Part shown: positions 13,701 to 27,247 of the stretch, in pieces | How the letters are laid out: every line of letters begins with the position of its first letter | Numbering within the stretch: position 1 is the stretch's first letter | Assembly (NCBI GenBank): GCA_000320545.1 | Contig: ADNK01001890.1 | Location: forward strand, 73,800 to 137,799 | DNA: 64,000 nt | Origin: Bigelowiella natans CCMP2755 | Lineage: Eukaryota > Protista > Cercozoa | Direction: 5' to 3' | Position numbers and translations under genes: made by a program | The notes under the pieces: generated by a model | What the model was told of the DNA's origin: nothing | The model's database searches: none | What the model saw: the letters and a program-made list of their open reading frames with translations, nothing else

Positions 13701-16700
13701 AGCAGATTCAGCTGAAGCAACGACAACGCTCGAAGATGCAATCACAAACCAGAGAAGGAACTGCGGATTCTACAACTACAGTTGCTGTTACTGTTTCTAC
13801 TACTGTACCTAAAATCAAGGGTACGCACGACCATGGTTACGATGAGATTGATAAAAAAGGTGTTACGTTAGCCACCGAGCAAAATAGTCTTCGGATGCAA
13901 CTTGAGTCACTGCGGCGAGCAAAGCAAATTTCAGAGGAACTAAGAGCTGACCAAGTCGCAAATGCAAATCGACAACAAAAATTGATGGAATCAAAGCTCA
14001 AGGTGGCCGAAGAGACAATTAGAAACGAGAAAAAAATTGTGATCGAGATGAAAAAAGCATATGACTCTCAGATCAAATCCATTAAAGATGGAGACGAGGG
14101 AAGATTGGCAGAGTTATTAAAGAAAGAAAAAACACTTGCAGATTCACGTCTCTTGGCGATGAAGGGTGTCAATGATAGAAAAGTCTTGCAACTGATGGAA
14201 GAACACGAAATTGCTGTGAACAGGATGAAAAACTTTCATGCTCGAGAACTAGCAGAAAATGAGTTGCAACATGATTTGAAGGTAGCAGGTTTGAACGCCA
14301 AACTCTCTCAGATCATCAAGCAGCATGTGTCAGCTGCTGAAGAAGGAAAAATCTTGGACAAAGAGAAACTTCAACACATCATATTTACAGAAGAATATAT
14401 TGCGGGGGCTGACAAAAGGAGGGTAGAAACTCACATTTCAAATTTAAAGTCTCAACTGGTTACAATGGAAAAGGAAAAACGGATAGCGGAATCCAAGACC
14501 AAAGATGCTGAATTATCCCTACATAGATTGATGCAAAGCCAGAAGGAAATGAATGAAAAGATGAAAATCTTAAATAAGGCATTAAAAGTTCCACGTACCG
14601 TCGTCACGTTGGCAGCTGGAACCAAGAAGGATGAAGCGATCACCAAAATGATGACTCAGCATAAGAAAGATATTGAATTGCTGAAGCAAAAATTTGGTAT
14701 TGAGATTCGAAAGCTTCATATCGCGCATCAGGCAAAGGAGCAACGATTGATTGAAGAGATGAAGAAGGTCAATCTATCGAAATCAATAGAGCAGCGGAGA
14801 TTAGAAGTTAAGTTCACCGAGGCGCGGGCTGATATGGTGTCTAAGATGAATAAAAATGCCGAAACCATACAAGACCTCAACGCTTGTATCCTAAAGCTTG
14901 AGAAGCAACTAATGCAAGAAAAACAAAAATCTGTCAAATTGGTTCAAGAAACCAAAATGCAATCTGCTGAGAAAGTAAAAAGGTGCGACGAAAGGTGGAG
15001 GGTTGCTATCGATGGCATACGGGCCTCTCACACTCACAAAAACGAAGTAATGATGAAGAAACACTCGGAAGAGAAACACCAATATGAAGAAAAGATCCTG
15101 AAGGCAAAAGATGATAGGATGAAGGAAATTTCGTTGCTGACCAAGTTCTACGAAGAAAAGGAGAACAAACTTCTCACCAAAATGGAAGAGAACAAGGATC
15201 ACTTTGCCAAAAAACTAAAGGAAAGTGTTCAGAAGGAGAGAAAGAAACAGAAGTTGAAAGCTAAGAAAGAACTTCAAGAACTCAAGTGGCTGCATAAGAA
15301 AGAAGTGGAAAATCTACAGAGACAAACAAAACAGGACGAAGTTAAACGCGAGCGAAGAAAAGAAGAGGCTAAGACACTTTTGAAAGATGTTGACGTGGGT
15401 ACGAAGACTCAAATGCACTCGAAGGCTACTTTAATCTTGCGTCAAGCTCACGAAAAGGAGAGGTTAAGGCTACAGAAGCGATATGAAGATCTTCGTAATG
15501 CCCATACTAATGAGAAGAATGAACTGGATCAACTCCATCGCCAGAGAATTGCTAGGCTAAGCGCGAAAATGCGTGACAACAACCGAAAGCATCAAAGTGT
15601 TATTGCAAGGTTGGAAAGGGAGCAAGGGGAAAAGTTGAAGAATGCGATGAAAGAGCAGACAAAGCTGCAAGCCATTCACAGGAAGCAGGTGCAAGGGCTA
15701 AAGCTTGCCCAAAAAGAAACTGAGTATAACATCGCTAAAATTCATGTTGCTGAGATTGCAAAGCTGAAGAGCATAATACATGGTAACGAAAGAAAAGAAC
15801 AAATGATGGAGAAGGCCTTAACTGCTGTCAAAGATGGTGAGGAAGGAAAACTCATGAATATTCTTCTGAAAGAGAAGAAAAATATGCAGGCAGATACGGT
15901 TCAAGTGAAACTTGCTTACCAGAAAGAAATCCAAGCTATGAGCGAAGCTATGAGCACATTAAAGAATCAAAAAGATGAAGACGAGGAAAATCTAAAAGAT
16001 ATCATAGAATATCAAGAGAAGCAACTTGAAGAATTATCCAGATTAAACGCTTCATTAAGATCTGCGAACGTGGCTACCTCCTCAGCTTCTGCACAAGAGC
16101 AAATTCATTTGTCGCCATTCCATGACTCTCCACGTAAGTACTCACCAAACAGCCTGCATCAACAAAATGCGTCGGAGGAGAAAATAAAAGAGCTGTTAAA
16201 GAAAATAAAGGACACCAATTGCTTTAAAGAGGAGAGAGAACGAGCCTTGCTAGCGAGAATCAAAACAATGAAAGCTCAGTTTGTTGCTTTGAGGGAGGGA
16301 GACCAATCAAAATGTGATGAAAACTTGATGAAGGAGAGAAATGAGATGTACAAAGAGCTTAGTATGGTCAAAGCATCTGCAGAGGCGGAGAAAGAAATAC
16401 TCCGAGAGTCATTACATATGTGCCAACAGCAGTTGGAAGCCAAGCTAAAATCAGACCGGGCATTGCTGGAAAATAATTTCAAGAGATTAATGCAAGATAA
16501 TGAGATTGCACACGAAAGAGAAATTGCAGATCTGAGGTCCTTGATCAGGCAACAAATGGCTCAGCACGCTTTTGATCTGAAGAGAACAAAACTTGCATTT
16601 GAAAAGGAAAGGGGAGTGATTGACGGTGAGATCAAAACTTTAGAAAGAAGACCTGTTCAAGCATCATCGGTTCAGAATAATGGCGATCTGAAGGATGACA

Positions 16701-16988
16701 ACGAAGAGATTGATGACAAAGATAAAGAAATGTTACACCACATAGAATTAATGCAGCTTGATCTTGAGAAGATAAAACTTGAAAATGAGAATCAAAGGAA
16801 ACGTCAGGCAGAGAAGCACAGCTTTGAATTAGGTGTCCTCAATGATAGAATTCGAGACCTTAAACTCCAACTTCATGAACCTGAAGAGAAACAAGGTGGG
16901 TAGTATGAACTGAATTCTATGCGAAACAATTCTATGTCATTGTAACATTCTCTGTAGTACTAAAACTACAAACAATCAGTCACATGTT

Positions 16989-17029
<41 letters not shown>

Positions 17030-20000
17030 GAATGAAAGGAGTAAATGAGACTTTCTTGAAACCAAGCAGCAGTATCATCCCTGGTATCCAAAATACTGAT
17101 GGTGCGATAGCTACACGTCCTTCCACATCACAGCAGCAGAATCAGCAAGGACAAAAGTTTTTCCTTGGAAAATCAGCCTCTCTTTTATCATCGTCTTCAT
17201 CATCTCCTTCCGAACCACCGAACAATATAGCAACAACAAGAATTCTGCAAAAGCAACTTGAGGATGACTTGAAGAGAGAGCAAGTTTCAAACAGTAGTCT
17301 CCGAGGGGAAATTCTAAAATTGGAAACACGAATATCAGAAATGCATGTCAACCACCAGACCAGTCTAGAACGGGCTTTGGAATTGATGAAAACTGGCGAG
17401 GAAGGCAAACTACAGAGTGTTCTAAAAAAAGAGCGACAGGGAGTTGAAGAACATTACAGGCATTACATATGTAACCTGCGTGCAAAGAATGAAGACTTAC
17501 GTGCATCACTTGAAAATTCGTGGAAACGACTTAAACTGGTGAAGCGCAAGCACGAATTAGAATTGATTCAAACGCAAGAGGAACACATAGCGGCGATATC
17601 AGACATTAAGTTGAGCATGTTAATGCCATCATGTGTGCCAATGACTTCTCGGACAGACGACCGCCACGACGAGAATAACAAAGGTGGAGAATCTGGTATT
17701 ATTTCAGAACACAGGCAACAACAGAAGAAAGAGCACATGAGCCATTGGGAAGCAGGCATCAGAGATATAGTTGAGCACGTAGATGAACTTGACATAAAGG
17801 ACCAAAAGGACATTGGAATTTTGCTGGAGAATAAAATCCACAATCTTGTGTCAAAGGTGATGATCTCAAATAATCATGGGCGTCGCCGCCCCATTGAAGG
17901 GAGAGAAGATACAATATCTAGTTCTCGTAAGCCAGAGTCGGTAAAGGAACACAAAAAGGATATTGACATAATGTCAGCGGTGGCAGAGAAGACAAAGGTT
18001 GTTACAATCAAGGAAGATTTAAAGCAGCAGAAGGTTGTGGCAGATACGTCCGGTAACTTTGAAAGTCTCATAAAAAGGCAGAAAATCGAGCATAAGCTAG
18101 AAATCAGTCAGCTTAAAGAGGAATATAGAATGGAGAGGTTGGGTTTGATTTTAGAACACAAGAAAGAGCTTATGATAGTTAGATCATCAGCCAGGCAAGA
18201 AATGGAGAAACAGCTGCTTCATCTAAAGCACGATATTGAGAAAGAGAGAAAGGATGAGAGTTCATCTTCCTCCACTCCAACCTCTTCCTCTGCGGCAGCT
18301 GAAATTGCTGTACAAGAAAAATTAGCTGCGAGCAGATGGATGAGAGAAGCGGAAGCTACATGGAACAAGGAGAGGAATCGCCTACAACAGCAACTTGAAA
18401 GTATTCGAGTTACATCGAACGAAAAGCTCTCCCAGCTAGAAAGGCTTCATCAAAATCAATTAAATACATTATTGGTGGAAAGGACTAGAGCTGTAAATAA
18501 GACTCGTTCTCATCCAACACATCCTTCTCTTGTCACTAATTCTCTCGCCTACTGTGACGACGGCAAGTCGAAGGAAGAGGGCAGCTCCGAGGTTATGAAA
18601 TCTAAGGAGGAGGAAGCTCTTCTTAGAGATTCAGTGCGACAGTCTCTAAAATACGAGCATGAGGTAGAATTAGAACGCATTCACTCCAGATATAAGAATG
18701 AAATTGGTGAACTAAGAAGAAGTACAAGTATCATTGAGGAGAGAATGCGCAATTTCCATGAAGATCAAAAGAACGCACTACGAGCTCAGCTTGAGGCGAT
18801 TAATTCGCAGAATGAATCGAAATTGATGAAATTATTAATGGATGAAAAAGCGAAGACAAAATTAGCATTCGGTGAGCTTAATATGCTTAAAGCCCAGTCG
18901 AGTGAGATGGCAGAGCATGCGAATAAAGCACAGAGGGAATCTACCACACAGTTACTAGACTGCAAGGATAGAGAAATACAATTACTTAAAGCACGACACA
19001 GACAGAACATTGAAGATCTTCGCAAGAAGTGGAGTCTACAAATGGTGCAGGAGTTGGAGAAATCTGCTGCAGAGACCAAAACATCAACAAATCAGCCTGA
19101 ATCTAAGTCTATTGCGATCCAAGACATCATTACAAAGGTGATTGATCGAGAGAGGCTGTTGTTTCACAATAATAAATTTGGTGATGAGGATGAGAAGCAG
19201 CTAGTAGTGAACCAACGCGGTGATATGACTCAAAGCAGAAATAACAACACCAATATCCCGGACCGATGTCCTTATTAAGTCGAAGAACGAAGTCAGAGAC
19301 AGAAGTGAAAACAACACCAGCAGCAGCATTACCACTCCATAAACCACCAGAAACACATGTACTAGAAACCGAACTATCTATTTACAAATCTAAGCTAAGA
19401 GATAGGCAAAGAGAGAATGATGTTCTGTTTGCAAAAGTCAACACCTTACAAGGGAAGTTGCATGAACTAGATGAGCAAAATGAAAAACTGCTCAAGGTGA
19501 TACAGGCCTCAGACGCGAGACACAAAATGGAGACTGAGTCCTCAGAGAGAAAGCATCGAAACCAATTACAAATGGTCAGGGAGAGCTTGGTGCCTGCTGC
19601 TTCGCCGGCTGTGCCCACAAAAGATTCAACAAATCCAATCTCAATTCCTAGTGCTAATCATGGAGACGACAATGATAACATCTTCAATCTCGTTCTTGAG
19701 CGCGACGAACTCAAGACTTCGATGGAAAAGGCAACTAGAAGAATGAAAAAATTGGAATCGGAAATGCAAGAGCTTGTAGACCTGATTGATAATGAGAGAG
19801 CTTCTCACCAGAAAGAGTTGACTTCCATAGGCGAAGGACACGGAAGAGTTGTTCAAGCCCTTCAGTTAAAACTCAAGCAAAGGGACATCCAGCTTGAAAT
19901 GATCGAAAAGCTCAAGAGGGAAGCTGGGAAGAAAGATGATGATGTGAAAACCAGTAGTAGTAGTAGTAGTAGTAGCTTAGAGATAGAGAAGATCCGCAAG

Positions 20001-23000
20001 ATGCAAGTACAGTTGGAACTACAACTTGGTGAAAAAGCCAATCTAAAAAATGGTTTCGAAGAATATAAGCTCCAAATGGAGATAGAAATGAACAATATGA
20101 GACAAAGTCATGAACATAATTTGATGGAGATTCAACAGCAGGTAAAGAGAATTCAACGTCATCATCCTGAATAATAATTGCAATTCATCTTTTGTTCGAA
20201 TTTTACACTATGGATAAGCACCACCATGGAGATGATAAATACTGTATCACCTAACTGTTTGTTATATGTTTAGTACCATAAGAAACTGGAGGAAGAAAGA
20301 CGTCAATGGAAATCCCAACTTCAGATGGTCAAAATCGAGAATATCGTCAGTACAAAGGTAGGAAAATTTACGTTTTTGTTTTCTGAATTGATAAACTCAT
20401 TTGTTTTATTTTGCACTACTAACTACATAATCATCAGTCGGGTACATCATTATTAGCATTATCATCATCAAGGGGTAGTGAAGAGGCCCCCCCAGTCTCT
20501 TATCCAACCAATTCTGGAGAAGAAATGAAAACAAATAGAGCTACATCCTCTCTTCCAATCGGTGTTGAACAGTTGAGAGCGTTAGAAAAGAACCATGAAA
20601 GAGAGCGACAGCAAGCGGAGCAAAAAGTGCAGAGTGTCAAAGATATGCACAACGACGATATGATTATCCTAAAAATGAAACACCGAATGGAGCTCCAGCG
20701 ATTGATTGATGAGATCAAAGTGAGAGACAGTAAAATATCCATCCTGCAGATGACAACGACGAGTGAGATTTCGACTGGAGGAGGGTACTTAGGGAGAAAA
20801 GAGGGAAGTAACGGCGCTATTGAGGCTCGGATTGTGAAATTACAGTATGATTGTGAGCAAGACAAGTCGCGAGCTCTTAAAAATATGAAAGATGTCCATG
20901 AGAAGCAGGTCAACGAAATGAAGGAGCAATTGCAAATGGCTATACAAAGCCATGAGCTTGAAATGGGAAAGCTACACAAGAAGCACTTAGAACGAACGAA
21001 AATCCTCAGAAGACAATTGCATCAAGTGGAAGAAGACTCAGAGCAAAGACTTAAAGAATGGAAATCTTCCCGTGAAACCCTCCTTCAAGAGGCACTCGTT
21101 GGTATCAAATCTCGAGAAAATAAGAGGATTGTGGAAATGGTGCTGAAACAAAAAGGTGAGGCTGACAAGAAGGTAGCAAAGGCGATGGGAAAATGGAGAC
21201 AAGAAAGGAGGCAACTTGAAGAGTCCCATCACCAAGAAGTTCAATCGTACATACGTAAAATGGATCATCTAGGGAAGCTCGCTGAGGGAGCTCAACGTAG
21301 AGAAAGAGAACAATCGAAAATTTTCTTATCACAGCGAGCCGAATTGATGGACCAACTGCAGCAGAAAGAGATTGAGTTGCTTAATCCCATGCGCCATAAT
21401 GTTCAAAGTGAAGGCGAGGCAAAAGCACATAATAAGTCTTCGTTTACGTCGATCGGTGCGCAGCAACAGCATCCTAATAATAGTGACAGTAAATGTAGCC
21501 TTAAAGAACAGGCTGGGGAAAAGCACAACAAATTCGGTAATACTGAAATAGAGGGACAAGGAGAGAAAGATGTTACTCGAAGGAGTTCCATTCTTTTCCA
21601 GAAACAGTATGCAGAACTTGAGGAAAAGTACCAACAATCCATGCAAGCAGAGATGAGAAAACGAAGAGAAGAATCGAAAGAGCTGCTGACTCTTCTACAA
21701 GAACAGCAAAAGCGACATACAGACGAAATAGAGAAAGAGAAGTCAAATCACAAGATGATCGTAGCAAAACTCATGGAAGATTATAAATCTGAATTGCAGG
21801 CTGCGAAGAAAAGTCGTCATCATCGCCAAAATACACAGAGTCATCTTATGAGCAGCTTTCAAGATTCTATTTCGCCAGATATGCCTTTGATCATCGATGA
21901 GCTTCAGCGGGAATTACATACCACGAAGGAGAATATGAAGGAAATAGAACTGGCACATCAGTCTCAGATCCATCTTTTTGAGGCCAAAGAGGCATTTTTC
22001 AAGAAAAGGCTAAAGCAGCAACTTGAAGATGAGGTTGGAGGGCCATCTATGCAACTTCGTATACTGACTGCGGGCGATCAAGACAAGGAGGAGATACAAA
22101 GGAGTTTCTCTGAACTTCGATTAGAGATAGAAAGAAAAAATAAGCTACTTGAGGAAAAAGATGAAGATATTGTGAGTTCTGAAAGAGAACGGCGAGTTGA
22201 GTATGAAAGGATGATGGTGCTGATGAATCAGCAAAAGAATTCTTTTGAAAAGCGCATCCAAGTTCTTATGGACACTTTGGAAAATGAGAAAAGGGGCTCA
22301 AGGATAGAAATGATAAAGTTGCAGGAAGAGTCGGAGAAAGCACGTGTAGAGCAAGACCAAAAATGGCAGCTTCAACTTGATACAATTCAATCGTGGGACG
22401 GTGAAAAACTTGCGAGACTTCTTGCAGAGGAAAAGCTTCGAATCTCAAAGCAGATTTCGGATGAGAGGACGAATTGGATGAGAAAGATGAAAGAGCTCGA
22501 AGATAGTCTTGGAAAGGCAATCAATCAAAGGCATACGGCCCAGGAAGAGTTGCACAATGCCGAGATTCAGATAAAAAAAGTTTCAGAAGCTTTGAAAAGG
22601 GAAATAGAGGAAAGAGATGATACCATCTCAAGTGCCTTGAGAGAGCAGCAGCTAGAACACTCTAAAGAAATGAGAAAAGCTTTCTCTGAGTTTGGTGTAT
22701 CTACCGTGACTACTACAGCAACAGCTGCTTCTTCTATCATTTCTAATTCAGCTGCTACCCTAACCCCTGAAGAAAAGCAAGAGATTGCAGCTGCTTCAGA
22801 CATGGCGAGACTAAAAAACCAAGAATTACAAAGTCTATACGAGAAGATTGAACTCCTTCAGAAACGACTCAAGAAAACGAAGGAACAGCACAATTCCTTA
22901 CACGATACTGTGGCTGACCAGAAAATACTACATGCGAGTGAATGCCAGAGGCTTGCAGGTAAGCATGCTAATGAATGCCAAGCTATCCGTAAAAACATGG

Positions 23001-25541
23001 AAAGATCACGACGTGAGGTCGAAGAGCTTCTCCGAACCAACTACAAGCAGAATATTGTAATCATGAAGAAGCAATTTCAGGCAATCAGCCAGGGGAAAGC
23101 CAAGCTATTGATGTCTTTAATGGAAGAAGAAAAAAAGAAGGCGAAAGAGGGTCTAGAGCAGATTATCAGTATTAACAATGCCGACATGGAAAATCTGAGA
23201 ATCTCCCACCTTAGAGAGAAGGATATCCTGAATAGCAAAATCGAGGCTCTACAATCGCAATTACGAAATGTACGACAAGGAATTAAAACGCCTGAAGATA
23301 ATACTAGTACTGCAAATGAGGTGGAGGAGGACTACAAGCTTCAAGATTTGCGCTCTGAGCTAGTAAATCTTCAAAAAAAATTTGGCCAAGTCGAGCAAGA
23401 ACATGTATCCGAGGTGAAGGGCTTGCTAGGGGAGAATCAGAAGCTGCAAAATCAAATAGCAGAATTAAGCCAACAACTCTTCCAAGAGCGAGCACGGAAC
23501 ATGATTGATAACGTTGAGGAGGGAAAGCCAAAGATTGCAAAAGTGGAAGTTAAGCATAGCAGCGGAAAGAAAGAGACAGACATTGATGGCGTCAACAACA
23601 ACAACAACAATGATGATGATGATAATAATGATGATAATGGCAGGGATGATGAGAGTAAAGCGGAGAGCCTTAGCGTTGTTGGTACAGTAGCCTCTCTTTC
23701 AGAGTATGAGTCAAAAGCACTCGTAACAATGAATAGCCAGTACCAGACAAATAATCTAGTATTATCTCAAAATGTAATGGATACAAAGACTGTGGACGAT
23801 ATGCTGTACGTTGTGGACAAGCTCGAGCGAATAGGAGATGGATCAATCAAATCTATGGAATCTGGGGTGGTACTACCGAATTCAGTTGTAAATCACGTTA
23901 GAGAGCTCAAAGCTACTCTGACAAAAGTTACTCAAGAGAGGAAAACATACCACAAGATGATGCTTGATGCTAGCAAGCACCTTGCTATGAGCCAACGGGC
24001 TACAGATATCCTGGAGAAGGAGAATGAAAAGCTGAAATCACAAATATCGACGGTATTAATGGAGAAAAAAATGCTGGAGGCTGAAATTCACCAGCTTAAG
24101 AAATTATCCAGACAGAAAGACTCCGCTGCAGTAGGAGGTTCTTCCTCGTCGAGATCAGCTAGTGGTCAAGATGCTGCACCAGTCCTACTACTATCGGACA
24201 GCGACGATGACAATTCGCAACAAAAGAATAGTAAGGACCACAAGAAAAACACGAGAAAGAAGGCGGCTTCGATCGTGAAAGAAACTAATGCCAACACCAG
24301 TATTATTTCTGATGAGGAGGCAAAAGGCTCAGCTTCTGCAGCTAGTGGTGGAAAAGGAAGAGGAGGAGGAGGAGGAGGAGGAAATGGAGTAGTTGGGTCA
24401 GCAGTTATTCCACCACCAACAACAACACAACTAGCACCACCACCACTAGCTGCATCCGGAAATGGGATTCCCCCTCCACCGCCTGCTTTTCTCTTGCCAC
24501 CTGGAGGTGGGGGAGGAGGAATACCTCCCCCACCTCCTCCAGGATTATTAGGTCTCGGAGTAGGAGGAATTCCACCACCACCAGGAGGATTATTAAACTT
24601 TGTACCTCAAGAATCTCTGGAGGATAAGATTCTCAAAGAACATGGTCTGGAAAAGCCTCAAGATTTCGTGCCCAAGCAGAAGATGAAGAAATTGCACTGG
24701 AATAAAATCAAGGTGGGGGATATCCCAGAGAGCGTTTGGCTCCCAATCAACAAGCAACTAGTTGAGCAGAAGAAGCAACAACAACTACTACTCAAGTCCA
24801 TGGACCTAGAAGATGTATTTGCAGAACGAAAGCTCGGAAGAAAAAAGAAGAAAGAGGCTAGTGGCATCAAGAAAATTGTCAAATTGATTGACTCAAAGAG
24901 GGACCAAAATGTTAAAATCGCTCTGAATGCACTAAAGATGCCTCCAGATCGCATCTTGAATGCCCTCATTGGTATGCATCAGGACGTCCTACCTCTCGAT
25001 TCGCTAAATCGTATTTCATCCGTATTTCCAAATGATGAAGAACTGAGGAAAGTAATGAGTTACAGAGGAAATGTGGCCCAATTAGGCCAAACTGAAAGGC
25101 TCTTTCGCACACTGGGATCAGTGTATGGCCTCAAGACAAGATTGCAACTGTTCCAATTTACCCAAGAATTTCCTACTTTAAAGAGGAAACTTGAAAGAAA
25201 TCTTATGACAGCGCGGGCTGGATTTGAGGCGGTACTTCACAGCAAAGCACTTCAAGGGATATTGAGCACGCTGCTTCAGTATGGTAACTACATGAATTCT
25301 GGGTCGAGACTTGGGAAGGCTTATGGCTTCACACTGAAAACATTAGAACTGCTGAGTGGTTTAAAGTCTACAGATAATAAGACCAACTTGATGCAGCATT
25401 TAGTCAGAGATGTTACTAAGAAAGGAGGCCTTTGTGCCCGCTTTTTAAATGAGATGAAAGGAATTCCCGCAGCTGCAGCAATCGATAGCTCACACCTTAA
25501 TCTACAGTTTCAAAAGGTACTATGGCATCAATGGCCTCTCT

Positions 25542-25627
<86 letters not shown>

Positions 25628-26550
25628 GGGGGGGAGGGGAGGGTGGTTTAACATAACGAGATTGTTGTAGTCATCAATACTAATACTCTATTATGAATCA
25701 TATATTCAATTTAGATGAAAGATAATATCTCGTTGCTTAAGGAAAGCCTCAAAGAGCGACCTTCAAATCTTCCCAAATGGCAAAGAGCACGCCCCTACCC
25801 TTCCACTGCATTTGAATTCTATAAAACTGTGAAGAAGGATGTGGAGAGAATAGAGGAAATGTTTGCTCAGTGCAGCATGAAATTCGAGAGAACCCAGAAG
25901 TATTTAGTCGATGAAGAGAAAAAATGGGAGGAAATGTTTCAGAAATTAGCAGAGTTTTTGGTGAATTTCAAAAAGGCACAAATGGAGGTACAAAAAAAGG
26001 ATAAAATTAAGCAGCCGCCAAAGAAAGGAGATGAAGAAGGATCTCAACAAACGGCGAAACCCTACGAAACCAAACTCTCCCCAAACAAATCGTCGTCTTT
26101 GAAGGGGGGAATTGCTGAGAAGAAGAACAAGACCAAAAATGAGATTACAATATTTTCAAGTCCGGAGGAGTTAAAGCAGATGCGTTCTCAATGGAAAGAG
26201 ACTCAGAAAAAGTTGCAGAAAGCTCTTGAAAAGGCCAAAATGGAAGAGGAGACTACCAGTCAAGATTTTGAAACAAACGAGTTTTCCTACATCGAAGAAG
26301 CAAAACATTTAAAAAGCGGCAGTGGAGTAGTCAAAAAAAGAGGTAGTGCGGAGACACTTACCAGCAGGGAGATTGATCTCTTAAAACGACATCTCCAAGG
26401 GCTTGCCGATGGTAGTAGTAGTAGTAGTAGAGGAGGAGGAGGAGGAGAAGGTAATAGTAGGAGTAGCTCCGTTGCGGGTGGTAGTATTATCAGCAGCCTA
26501 AATAATTCATTCGAAACATCGTCGATATCGTCTTCTCCACAGCGCCAACG

Positions 26551-26582
<32 letters not shown>

Positions 26583-27208
26583 TCCGTACAATTTCTACAG
26601 CAGTGGAGGTCCCTGGCCCTCTTCTTTCTGATGATTCTCAAGGAATGGCAGATAGTGTTAACGATCGAAAGGAAATGGACAATGATGGTGATGATGATGA
26701 TGGAATATCCTCTGAATATGACAGTGACACAGAAACGCAGAAAAAGCCCGCACATCTCGAGGAACTTATGAAAGATCTACAGGAGATCAAGGATGATGAA
26801 TTTGCCTCTAAGGTAACAGCAGTTGATCATTATGTTGAATTGTTAAGTGCTACTTACAACTGTATCGCCTTCTGAGCATTCTCCCTCTTCACCACTCCTC
26901 CATCTTCTTCCTCGCCACCTCCTCCTTCCTATGATTAACCCCAATTTCTCTCTATTATGGATCTCTATTATCGTATAATAATTACTACTACCTTGCCTCT
27001 ACTACTATCAGGTGCAGGACGCCGTCCAAAAGGAAACAGAAAAGTTACACTACGAGTACAAAAAGAGGATGGAAACTTTGAGAAATAATCATGCAGAGGA
27101 GGTAATATTTGTCTTGAGGCAAATTAATGAATTTTAATTTATGCATACACAATGACAGCATTGAAAAAATAATATATTCCATCATCTTTCAAATATTCTT
27201 AGAATGAA

Positions 27209-27247
<39 letters not shown>

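Noticed and set aside
19200-19300. Programmed frameshift or pseudogenising break between ORFs 16984-19278 and 19266-20174
   Set aside because: Short GT-AG introns (e.g. from 19204 or 19220 to an AG near 19292-19295) can restore the frame, and no slippery site is evident. Left unresolved pending cDNA.
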